This document shows positions 1-10,739 of a DNA stretch of 64,000 nucleotides, piece by piece. The translations under genes and the position numbers were made by a program. Location of the stretch: NCBI GenBank assembly GCA_002104905.1, contig MCFE01000120.1, positions 1-64,000 on the forward strand. The letters run 5' to 3'. Numbering within the stretch: position 1 is the stretch's first letter; every line of letters starts with the position of its first letter. Origin of the DNA: Basidiobolus meristosporus CBS 931.73 (lineage: Eukaryota; Fungi; Basidiobolomycota). The notes below the pieces were generated by a model. That model saw only the letters and a list, made by a program, of their open reading frames with translations. It made no database searches and was not told the origin of the DNA.

Positions 1-1701
1 TTTAACTTCCCACTGGCATATACCATTCTGCTGGTAACCTGCTATTCCGAGGGGGAGGCCGGCATGCGAGCCACTCTAGACTCGCTAGCACTAACCGACT
101 ACCCGGCCTCACACAAGCTGATCGTGGTCATCGCCGACGGGGTCATCGTCGGAGCCGGGAATCAAGCCTCGACGCCAGATATATGTCTGACCATGATGAA
201 GGACTTTGTGATCCCTGCGGACAAGGTTCAACCGTATTCGTATATCGCTATAGCCGACGGGACCAAGCGACACAACATGGCCAAGATCTATGCCGGCTAC
301 TACAAATTCGATGAGCGGGTGATTCCGGCGGAGAAGCAGCCAAGGGTTCCGATGATTCTTATATCCAAGTGCGGTACCGCGGAGGAACAATCCCTCCCCA
401 AGCCTGGCAACCGCGGCAAGCGAGACAGCCAGATCATACTGATGTCGTTCTTGCAGCACGTGATGTTCGACGATAGGATGACTGAGATGGAGTACGAGTT
501 TTTTAATGCCATCTGGAGCGTCACCGGTGTGAGCCCGGACCACTTCGAGATTGTGTTGATGGTGGATGCTGATACGAAGGTGTACCCAGACTCGGTGACA
601 AGGATGGTGTCTTGCATGGTCAGGGATCCTCAAATCATGGGACTGTGTGGAGAAACGAAGATCGCCAACAAGCGAGACTCTTGGGTCACGATGATCCAGG
701 TGTTCGAATACTACATCTCACATCATCAAAGCAAAGCTTTCGAGTCCATCTTCGGTGGTGTGACGTGCTTACCAGGGTGCTTCTGCATGTACCGTATCAA
801 GGCACCCAAGGGACCAACAAACCACTGGGTGCCAGTACTTGCCAGCCCGGAGATCGTAGAACACTACAGTGAAAATGTAGTGGACACGCTTCACAAGAAG
901 AATCTGCTATTGCTAGGGGAAGATAGGTATCTCACCACCCTTATGCTTCGCACCTTTCCAAAGCGCAAGATGATATTTGTGCCGCAGGCGGTTTGCAAGA
1001 CGGTCGTTCCTGATACCTTCAGCATACTGCTATCCCAACGTCGTCGTTGGATCAACTCGACGATCCACAATCTTTTGGAGCTGGTGCTGATTCGCGATTT
1101 GTGCGGAACCTTTTGCTTCTCTATGCAGTTTGTTGTCTTTATGGAGCTGGTGGGTACTGTGGTATTACCAGCAGCCATCTGCTTCACCATCTACCTGGTG
1201 GTCATTTCTTTCTTTACCACTCCGGTTCCCATAATTCCACTGGTCCTGTTGGCAATTATCCTTGGCTTGCCAGCAGCACTCATCTTGATGACCACTCGCA
1301 AGATTGTGTACGTGGGCTGGATGCTGATATATCTACTCTCGTTGTTTCTGTGGAATTTCGTCCTACCAGTCTACGCTTTTTGGCACTTCGACGACTTTAG
1401 TTGGGGGCAGACACGGCAAGTGGTGGGTGAAGAGAAAGGCGGGGACCACGGGGATAAGGAGGGGGCCTTTGACAGCTCTCGTATTGTCATGAAGAGATGG
1501 GCGGAATTTGAGAAAGAGAAACGCAAACGCACCGAGATGTGGCTGAATGGGATGAATTCCGCCAACAACGATACGAATCGCAACAAGGAAGATGGCTGGC
1601 CGAAATTGGGATATAATGTCCCTAGCCAATTGGCCAGAATGAATATGCCTTCGGAAATCGAGTCAGCCTCCAGCTCCCTCAGCCACATGCCAACCAGCTA
1701 A
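1..1701 (+). CDS. CHS3: Chitin synthase, class IV (GT2, Chitin_synth_2), 5'-truncated by the window edge
   Basis: Frame is open from base 1 ([21 protein letters not shown]) through the 545-aa ORF. Motifs LMVDADT, GEDRYLT and QRRRW, then C-terminal TM helices and [12 protein letters not shown]. The symbol denotes the class IV group, not a specific paralog. Confidence 0.95.
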   Translation, partial: FNFPLAYTILLVTCYSEGEAGMRATLDSLALTDYPASHKLIVVIADGVIVGAGNQASTPDICLTMMKDFVIPADKVQPYSYIAIADGTKRHNMAKIYAGYYKFDERVIPAEKQPRVPMILISKCGTAEEQSLPKPGNRGKRDSQIILMSFLQHVMFDDRMTEMEYEFFNAIWSVTGVSPDHFEIVLMVDADTKVYPDSVTRMVSCMVRDPQIMGLCGETKIANKRDSWVTMIQVFEYYISHHQSKAFESIFGGVTCLPGCFCMYRIKAPKGPTNHWVPVLASPEIVEHYSENVVDTLHKKNLLLLGEDRYLTTLMLRTFPKRKMIFVPQAVCKTVVPDTFSILLSQRRRWINSTIHNLLELVLIRDLCGTFCFSMQFVVFMELVGTVVLPAAICFTIYLVVISFFTTPVPIIPLVLLAIILGLPAALILMTTRKIVYVGWMLIYLLSLFLWNFVLPVYAFWHFDDFSWGQTRQVVGEEKGGDHGDKEGAFDSSRIVMKRWAEFEKEKRKRTEMWLNGMNSANNDTNRNKEDGWPKLGYNVPSQLARMNMPSEIESASSSLSHMPTS

Positions 1702-2446
1702 CTCGCCGTCCCTCTTGCTTTGAGCCTCTCCCATCGGGAGGGGGATCGACTCGGTCCCCAAATTTTGAGTATAGATAATTCCAAACCCTAACCCAAATCA
1801 CCTCCATTTAATAGTTGAATTTGTGGATGTATAAAGACATTATTTCGTAATATACTGAGCAGTCCACCCTGTAAGGCATCTCTATCTGACTATCACCACC
1901 CCGCCGCACCCTTCTTGAAATACCAGCACCAATATGCCAATGACTTGAACTAAAGATCAATATTATATATCCTTGACCCAGCTAGCATAATACTGTCTTG
2001 TGGAGAGCGGAGGAGTGAGCAGTGGCCCCTAGCCATGTCTACTCTCAATCGAGTTCCCAGCCACAGGAGGGAGGAAGAAACAGAGATGTGCTCTTTGTGC
2101 ACACATTCTTCAGGTATGTTGAGTCATTTAGCCAAATTGGCATCAATCGATTCCACAGTTGCCGAATGTTTATTGGCATGGATATTGAGGGTGATTGGTC
2201 CATGGGCGTGTCGTGTATCTCTCATAAGTGTAGCCCTATCGTTTTCCCGCTCATTTTGACTAGTCTTGATAGCAGGGCCATCGGATTCTGAAGGAAAATG
2301 AGTTTATGAATATTGGGATTTTCCAGTTCTTCTGGTCAAGGTTACATGAATGAGTAAACAATCCAAATGATATGTCAAGGGTAGGATGTGTGGGTTGGTG
2401 AAAGGATCAGGATATAATAATGGCTCTCACAAGCTCAATACCCGAG

Positions 2447-4234
2447 TCAGCGGGCGGCAATGGATTCCGGCTTCGCGAATGCCGCAACCGCTTCGACCGA
2501 CTCCGAGAGCCTATTCAACGTGTTGAACAGGGCCACAATTTCTGAATGTTGTAGATGCCTCTCGGTTGTCCTGATGATTTCCTACAATCAGTTACTACAA
2601 CCAGCTTGAAGGGAATATAATCTACTAACCTCGATTTCTCGCTGGAGTCGAGTATCTTCAATGCGACAGATAGACCAGTGACCTGAAGAGTACCCCATAG
2701 GCGGCATCTATCACAGGTGACGCATTCTATGATTCTTAGCACATTGTGTAGATGGCCTTGAAGCGCTTTTGTGCCCACAAATGACGATGCCTCGTGAAGG
2801 AGAGCTTTGGTGTCAACGATATGCGGCTCTGATGCCATAGAAAATAGAGCCTTTGAGACGAGTGTCTATGGCCGGCATGTTAGGATCAAGAGCAACGATG
2901 TCATGCAAGTTCGGGCTTCTACCTTGGCATCCTTCTCCGCCTGAAGGTTGTTCATGAAAGTGTCGCTTGAGCTGAGCAACGGCAGGCCCTTGCTAAGCGC
3001 CTCGAGCAGAAGCATGTACACAAAGTAGAGGTTCTCAATTCGGCTAGGGAAGTTACCTACGCGGTCTTGGTAACAATGCATGTCGCGGCCCTGTCACTGG
3101 CATCAGCCACAGACATGAATGCTGTAGTAGTGAAATCGAGTACTTACCCACTGGCTGGTCTCCGTATTATAATGATCCAGACAGATATGGATGGAAATGG
3201 ATGTGTGAAGGCCAGAGATCAGCTTGTAGTAAACTGGATTCTCAAGGAATGTGTCGTGGTCTTCACAATTCATCTGGGTCAGCGTGTTCTGGATCCGAGA
3301 GACCGGCTTAAGTTGGTTTTTCCCTTGGGAGCATCCCTCGGCGTATATCAATTGCCAGATGCGATTCGCCCCCTCCCCAGAATACCCCGTGAATCGCTCT
3401 GGGTTTTGGATCAGGTTGACGTAGCTGCTCTCTATATGATGCCCGCTTAGACTCTGCTCGAGCGACAGGATTCAAGCGGATACATACCCCTTGGACCTTC
3501 TGCACCCGCACCGCACCCAATCTCGCCCGTGAAGACGCATTTCTGTGCCGACTTGCCCTCCTTAGCAGAAATAAGTATGGTTTTCAATCAAATGGGGATA
3601 TCATTGCTTACGGTGGAATAGTCGATGTTGCTTATCTGGCCCAGCAACTCATTGGGGATACTTTCCTGAAAAACGCAGCTGTTAATGTGTCAACAGACAT
3701 CGATCACAGCATGGGCTATGGCCATACCCCTTGGGCCATCTCAACCGCGCAGTTCTGCTGTGTGCACAGCCCTTCGGTCTTCCAGAGTGAGCACTCTCTC
3801 TGTAGGTCGATCTAAAGCCATCTGAGTGCTAGGATCCATAGTGGCAGCAGTGCATGGAGGAGAGTAAGTACCTTGTAGTGACTAAAGAACGGAGTGTGCA
3901 CCAGAGTTCGAAGACCTGGGCGCAACACCTCCTCGATCATGTCCAGGGCAGCGTATCTATCAGGAGAGGCTCCCACAGGGCCGGATGTCTGGAGACAAGG
4001 CATATGAATACGTGCACACAGATACTAGTTTCGTAGATTAACCTTTTGGTTGATTGGTTGGATTACATAATCGGTTAGGCTTTCTGGGTAGTGATCAAGG
4101 GTATTGTTTACTGGGCCAGTGTTCCAAACACACAGGCTAATGGATGCGATGGCTACTGGTAGGACAAATTGAACCAATGCGCCAACTACGCTTTGGTTCG
4201 ATGTCAACCTGGTGGACTTATCAAGTTTGGCCAT
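2447..4234 (-). CDS. ERO1: ER oxidoreductin 1 (multi-exon, introns ~45-60 nt)
   Basis: Splicing reconstructs Ero1 motifs. Exon 4043-4234 carries a hydrophobic signal/anchor; 3872-3988 LRTLVHTPFFSHYK; 3728-3811 IDLQRECSLW..CTQQNC (CxxxxC); 3612-3665 follows. Later exons give YVNLIQNPERFTGYSG, LISGLHTSISIHIC, RVGNFPSRIENLYF, CVTCDRCRLWGTLQ (CxxCxxC) and EIVALFNTLNRLSES. GT..AG introns found at each break; stop at 2447-2449. Confidence 0.92.
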
Positions 4235-5722
4235 GATGTCAGGGCAGAATGTCGGTGTAGAGAGCCAGATGGAAGAAGGTAAATGCAATACTCAGCCGTG
4301 CCGTCACCGCTGCAGATGCTTATATATGGATAAGCATGGCGTAGGCTTCAAAGTCAATCATATAACTTTATTTTAATTATGCTTTTGGATTCCCAGGAAT
4401 CAGTCCTTTGATGGTTTAAACTTATGAACCGATCAGTCCATGATTAAAACTGACAGAGAATGCGATAGACTGACACCTGCTCGCTCAGTCCACTCCTGAT
4501 GGACGTAGAAAAATCGCTCCGCTGGCACTTCCTCCGCCCCAGAGCCTAGCCTTGCCTAGCCTAGGCTTGTCAGTGAGGCGTGTGTGAAAGACGCCGTTGA
4601 CAAATCTAGGCTAGCTCAAGCCAAACATTGGTTGGATAAGACACTGCATCAAGCATTCTTTGTGATTTATGAATTTTTGGACGCACTAACCAACCCTCTG
4701 GAAACGCCCTTGAACCGGTACCCATAGGCGCTTCACTGCCACTGCTGGCCAATTAGCAGGCACAATTGCGTCCTTTGTCATCATTCGATGCCCACCAATG
4801 GTAGGCTGGGGAATTCCGATAAGGTGATGGCTGGGACATCAATGCAATGGACCCTAGGCTTTGAGTGAAATTCATTGATCACGAGCCGGCAGACAGCTCA
4901 GGTGAATATTTAAATTGAGGCTGTATATTTAAGGGGACACTGGATTTCCCAGTGGCAGACAACCGCTTTGGTTCGTTGTAATTTATCTAGCGCAAGGGTA
5001 AGCCGTTCCATCTGCACTCTTCATCCGCTACGGTGTTAAATGGATTCCACATCGGCCAATCATCAACATCAATGTATCTTCTGGGATGTAGCAATTTATG
5101 TAGCTGGGCCTTTGGCCGGACTGATCAACCCTCAGAGTGGTGTATGCTAAATGATGCTTTGCTTTGGTTTTGGTATATCGTTGATGTGGACCCCTCCATT
5201 TTCCTGCCGCCCGGACAGAAGGGATGCACTGTCCAAGCACCCCTGAGGCTAGTGCCTGTGATGTTGATGGCCCTCCTTGAAGACTGATTTGGCGCTTTTC
5301 TGTACGCGGCAACCGTTGCCAGTTTCATTTCTGGGTCTCTTGAACCCATTCACTGTTCCTATTCCAACATCATTTTTCCGATGCCGTTTATCCAATTAAA
5401 GGCGTCATTCGCAGACTAACCAAGTTGAGAGTCCTTGAGGAATTGGCAAGCTGCAGGGAGAGGTGTCCTGATACACCAATGAACGAGCCTCATAGGTGGC
5501 AATGACAAAGAAACATTCCCATCTGGGCATATTATAAATACCTGACCATCCCACCACTGCGCAATCAGATCCCACCTTCCCATAAGACTTGCATCCGAAG
5601 GGTGCCCGTCGATATATCACCGTTGTGCCAGCTCTAAGCCTTGGGATATGCGGTACACCATCACCATTTGAAAATAAAATTGATTTGAGTTCTCCTCAAC
5701 ACATATCGTAACTACTCCGACA

Positions 5723-6880
5723 ATGCGCGAGTTCTCTCAGCTTGGCTGGCTGTTCATCATAGCCACCAACGTGACTAACGCGCAACTTCAGAGCAACTCG
5801 AGGGTTGTCGAAGTTGACAGGAAATGCAACGTTCTTCCGGAGCCTTTTTCCAGGGAGATTGGTGAGCCATTCTACAAAACGCAGGTGAGCTCCGACACCT
5901 TCGATGACGCTCAAAACGCCGCTTTTATCGTCTACAACAAGGCTTTTTACAACATCATTGGCCGACAACCCAAGCTTTCTGTGGTTGCTGAGAGGAACTA
6001 CAGCTTCGCTCATGAAGCTGGCATATACATACCGAAAACGAAAGAAATCATGTTCACGAGCAATCGCCTAGGCAATCTTTCTGGCACCGATCAGTATACA
6101 GAGATATACAAAATGAACGTGCGCACCTACAAAGTGACCAAAGTCACCCCATCAATCGACATTCCCCTGGCTAACGGAGGGACCTTTTACAAGGGCAAGG
6201 CCATAGTTGTCAGCCAAGGCAGAGGCGATATTGGTGCTGCTATTTACTCCATCGACCCGGTTACCTACGAGACCTCGGTGCTCCTGAACAATTACTTCGG
6301 ACTGAAATTCAACTCGCTAAACGACATAGCCGTCTCCCATTTGGATGGCTCGTTTTGGTTTACCGACCCCTCCTACGCCTACGAGCAGGAATTCCGCTCT
6401 AGGCCTCAGCTGGGGGAGTTCGTGTATCGGTGGGACCCCAACACAGGGGATGTACGGTTGGCTGCCGACGGCTTTGTCAAGCCAAACGGTATCCAGTTCT
6501 CGCCCAATGAAAAGATCGCATACATCAGTGACACCGGCTTCACCACGGGTCGTGGTGAGATTGATGTGAAGAGACCGCACACCATCTATGCGTTTGATGT
6601 TTTACGTGGCACCGACGGTCTTGTTTCTCTCACCAACCGACGAGTGTTTGCCATGAGCGACGTCGGGATCCCAGACGGGATCAAGCTTGACGTCAAGGGA
6701 AACGTATACGTTGGCTCTGGAGATGGGGTGAACGTGTATTCCCCTCAAGGCTACCTGCTTGGCAAAATCAACACAATCCAGTGCGCCAACCTGGTGTTCG
6801 TCCAGGATGACCTGTACATCCTGGCGGAGAACAAAATCTTCCACACAAAACTGTCCATCCAGGGAGTTGCCTTTGACTGA
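5723..6880 (+). CDS. Secreted SMP-30/gluconolactonase (SGL) family six-bladed beta-propeller lactonase
   Basis: Intronless 385-aa ORF with an N-terminal signal-like segment. Metal-ligand motifs HEAG, SLNDI, WFTDP, PNGIQFSPNE.IAYISDT and PDGIKLDVKGNVYV. Confidence 0.9.
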   Translation: MREFSQLGWLFIIATNVTNAQLQSNSRVVEVDRKCNVLPEPFSREIGEPFYKTQVSSDTFDDAQNAAFIVYNKAFYNIIGRQPKLSVVAERNYSFAHEAGIYIPKTKEIMFTSNRLGNLSGTDQYTEIYKMNVRTYKVTKVTPSIDIPLANGGTFYKGKAIVVSQGRGDIGAAIYSIDPVTYETSVLLNNYFGLKFNSLNDIAVSHLDGSFWFTDPSYAYEQEFRSRPQLGEFVYRWDPNTGDVRLAADGFVKPNGIQFSPNEKIAYISDTGFTTGRGEIDVKRPHTIYAFDVLRGTDGLVSLTNRRVFAMSDVGIPDGIKLDVKGNVYVGSGDGVNVYSPQGYLLGKINTIQCANLVFVQDDLYILAENKIFHTKLSIQGVAFD

Positions 6881-8591
6881 CGGCAACACGGCGAGGCTGA
6901 TGAGGAGAATAGGCCCTGGTCGAATTCAAACAAGTCTGGCTCCACCAAGTTTTGTTTATCTTTAATGCGAATCGAGAGTTGGTCAATAAAACCCCTGTTC
7001 GTGCACTGCCCATCAAGCTAGCTAGGAACTGACAAACTTCCTCCATGGCGATACCCGATATAGCTGATCTTCACCGTGCCTCATGATAGCTTAGAAACCT
7101 GCCATTTGATCGGTAGGGATGTTGATGGAAGCATGCTTCATATGGCACATTGTTTGGATTGGTTTGATCAATGGCCTGGTTTTAATTTAACCAGGCCAGT
7201 GGGGATTGGCCAGCTGGATTGATAGGTTGCGACAAGATATTCCTCTCGTCCAACGTTACCCAAGACCATGGGTGCCTTGGGGTTTACCTCGCGACAGCAC
7301 GAGAGGTGCGTAAGAAGAGATCGATATTTCTGGGTGGCCCGGTCGTCGCTAAGCCGCCGTAAACAGCCTTCGTGGGGAGGGTTGGTATTGGTACGGAGGC
7401 TCCGAACCGGACTTCACCGGCGCTGGATACGCTCCAAGCCCACGTAAAATGGCCAGACTGACATCATGCTGAGTGTAATTACGTGTACTTCCACAACAAT
7501 TGTCACCTTGTCCGGAAGAAACCTTACGCGCAGTACCCAGCGGTTTTTGGCAAGTCTGTATTCTTGTCTAGACAGGACTGTGCAGCATGTGGAATAGTGC
7601 AACCTGTTTCAAATCGCACCACCAAACGAATGCACGGTGGCTGTGACAGTTCTGCAAGCCGTGACTAGAGATCACCTACGAAAGGGGGTTAGGGCCAGAG
7701 CCACAGCCAGGTGATTGACTAGGCAGATGTGGCAGCGCTAAGGATGGTTCTGTAGTATCAGATCGCGCATTTCCCCACATACGTCCTAGCTCACCATGGT
7801 GAAACGGACGGTATCATGTGCGCTGCCGGAAGAATTAGATCTTTCTCCACTGAGATCATTATTTCAAACTTGCGAAGAAACCGGTGTCACATCCGCCACC
7901 CATCCATCCACCATCAAAACAACTCAGACATCCGTTTGACAATTGAGGGTCCAGTTGGCTCTTGGTGACTCTGTCTTACCCACTCAGCCGTACAGACGAT
8001 GATCCAATTTATCAGCCCAGCAGTACAATGAGCTACGGCTTTTCCTGAACAGAGATTCGCTTCCGTCGTCTGACCACTCGCCGTCTGGCCGCAAGCCCCA
8101 GGGGAGCAGTCCGATATGCGACCCTGGTAAAATGCAACAGTCCACTCGTATTAAGCCACCATGCGACACATGCACTTCGCATACCGCTTTATGAATCATA
8201 TCGTATGCCCTACATGCAATGGGTATTTATTAGTGGAATCAGGAAAGCAGATCCAGTGGGGCTCTCCTTGATTCTGGATTACATCACGCAGGAAAGAGAT
8301 TGATGGGTGATCAGTGCAAATCGTTACATGTGTTATGAAATTTTGGTTTCTCGGTGAGAGCGTAACAAAGTAGTGGGGGGGATCCTTGGAAGATTTCGAG
8401 GGAAGCATGCGCGAGCTGGTCTATCCCTCGTTTGGTTTGGCACCGCACACTCTCCTCCAGGTATCATGCAAATATGCTCGTTAATCTATGCACACAAAAT
8501 GATCTTTTGCCCATGCCGGAGCGGGAATTCGGGGGCTGGGAAGGGAAACTCGACTACAACATGTTCAATGTGGACTGGGGGCGGCGGCTCT

Positions 8592-9560
8592 TCAGGAGCC
8601 CAGGATTCGGTTGGATTGGATTCGTATGCTCAAAGGAACCAGTGGGACCTCCCCATTCTCATCCGATATCTTGTGGTTAAGTGTGTTGGTGAACTCACTG
8701 TGGTAATACTTGTCCGAAGAGTGGGCATCTCGACTCCCGTCGTCCCGGTGTTGCAAGTTGTTCTCCTCATTGATGCGCGACGAGTCGTTGAACTGATCCT
8801 CACAGGTCCACCGGAATGAGTGGCCGTGGGGTGTGTAGAGTCTAGTAAGGAAATACGGCAAACACACCATCAGGAAATTCACCGTCAGATCAACCATGGA
8901 CAGCAGTGGTGCGTACTGCTCCAGCGGGGTGATGAGCGAGATGTTGAAGAACATGTTGAAGGTGATGGCGATGGAGTTTGTGACAAAGAGGTTCCGCGCA
9001 ACAAACGCAAGCTGGGGATTCTGATTCTCTTTGGATCGCAGGCATTGCTGCACGAACGGCGCCAGGAACATGCTCATCATGTACACGGAAATGATGAACG
9101 CGGTCACCAGGGGAAGAAGCGACGAGACTTGGGGGTGGATGACGCTGCACGAGCCATCGGGGTTTATTTGAGTTGCGTTCAGGATGATGCTCACCGGGAT
9201 GCCGGCCGCATACACAACGGTGGTTACGATGGGCAGCACCAGCAACCAGGTGCCCCCGTAAACCTCTTTGTAGCGCACCATGTAATAGATGTACTGCAGT
9301 GTGTTGCTACCGTGATAGAAAAACACTGAGAGGTTCTCGGCGACGATGCAGTGCTTTTCCTGGGCCCCGTTCATCTGCACCACCTTCACTTGGGCGTAGA
9401 CGCAGTTGAACAGGGCAACGAAATAGAGGATTCGGTGGGAGACGATGCCGGAAGTCTGCCACCCGCGAATAAATGCAAAGACGACGCACACCACCAACGT
9501 CAGCCCCAAGCATATCCCCACTACGTAGTGTGCTATTGGAAGGAATATGGAATCAGCCAT
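8592..9560 (-). CDS. Orphan seven-transmembrane (GPCR-like) receptor, ~322 aa
   Basis: From the ATG at 9560 (MADSIFLP) there are seven hydrophobic segments, a Cys at the top of TM3 (KHCIV), a Cys in ECL2 (DGSCSV), VRY at the end of TM3 and a polar C-tail. The ORF track starts at 9755, but that extension looks non-coding. Confidence 0.75.
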   Translation of the reverse strand: MADSIFLPIAHYVVGICLGLTLVVCVVFAFIRGWQTSGIVSHRILYFVALFNCVYAQVKVVQMNGAQEKHCIVAENLSVFFYHGSNTLQYIYYMVRYKEVYGGTWLLVLPIVTTVVYAAGIPVSIILNATQINPDGSCSVIHPQVSSLLPLVTAFIISVYMMSMFLAPFVQQCLRSKENQNPQLAFVARNLFVTNSIAITFNMFFNISLITPLEQYAPLLSMVDLTVNFLMVCLPYFLTRLYTPHGHSFRWTCEDQFNDSSRINEENNLQHRDDGSRDAHSSDKYYHSEFTNTLNHKISDENGEVPLVPLSIRIQSNRILGS

Positions 9561-10739
9561 TCTCCACTCGAGAGGTGGGTCGGTAAGGAGGAGGTTCCTG
9601 GAAATAGGTTGGTGGGCTAGAGGTGGATCACACAGCGACACGATCAATGAAGAGGGTGCTAGGCGTATGGATATAAATGGTGACCACTTTATTGCGATGT
9701 TGGACAAAGGAAGTGCGGCGAAGATCCAGTATATAAAGATTCCAGGGTGACACAACCGAGATGAAGTGCTACGATGTGATAGGCGTAGAGCTGAGTCCTA
9801 ATTCTGGATGGACTGATGAAATATTCAGTGCTTTGGGTGTCTCACAAATACAGGACCACATGCTATTGAGTCTAACCTACCTGATCCTCTGATCCGACGG
9901 AAATAGGCTTGTGTCTGGCAGGAGCAAGCACCCCAATCTTCCTTGGAGCTTGGTGGCGCTAGGCCTCTCCGACGGATTTGCTGACTCAACCAGGCAGCAC
10001 CATGGCCGTCTCTCCACCGTCGATGCATCCTTTCATTAAACCGGACAGCAGCAGGCTTAGTGATCGCGATAAGACATTCCCAGGTTCGCTACCAGTTCTT
10101 TTGTTTATGCCCCCGTTGCGCGGCAGGGTGTTGGCAGGTATCCATGAGCCGGGTGGGTGACACGAGCGTGCGCTTGCGATATGTGGTTGGGAGGTGGCCA
10201 TGACACCACCGCTTATTGCGAGAGGCGCGAGAGGTGTGAGAGGTCGGATGTTGGGATGACTGACCGGCAACTATGATTCTAGATGGGTTCGGCTCAACCG
10301 ACGGGTGAGACAAGCTCATCAATGATGAGTCGAGCAAACTTGGTTTCACCTGGAATGCCGTATGCCTGGATGGGTGAGTGCGTGGATGATGGAATCTGCT
10401 CAGGCGTGGTCGGTTTCTGCTGGACATCAAATGATCCTCTGCTGCCTGGTGGGTAAACAATCTTGCTCAGGAGCGGGGATAATTCATCACCAAGGACAGG
10501 ATTCCGGATGCCCTGATCAATTTCTGGTTATCGATGATTCCATTTGGTCACGCAGCCTCAGTCCCAACCGGTCTCCAGCCGGATTGGTTACTGGTACCGC
10601 CGATGTCCGATCCTAGCACAAATCCCGCTTCCCCACATCAAGCCTAATGGCTTGCACTGGGGACCCCGCTTCCTCGCCGGCCAGGTCGGCTGCCTCGTTC
10701 GTTGCTGCATGTTCGGATCCAGCTCACCATCGATGTTTT

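Noticed and set aside
2022-2291. Small ORFs with a plausible GTATGT..CCACAG intron
   Set aside because: Neither spliced nor unspliced products resemble anything I recognise; lies between two convergent gene ends.
7172-7198. 10-bp perfect inverted repeat TGGCCTGGTT/AACCAGGCCA
   Set aside because: Single short hairpin with no second copy, TSD or RNA-gene context.
8373-9620. Plus-strand ORFs of 89-169 aa overlapping the 7-TM gene
   Set aside because: Antisense shadows of a GC3-rich coding sequence; no recognisable domains.
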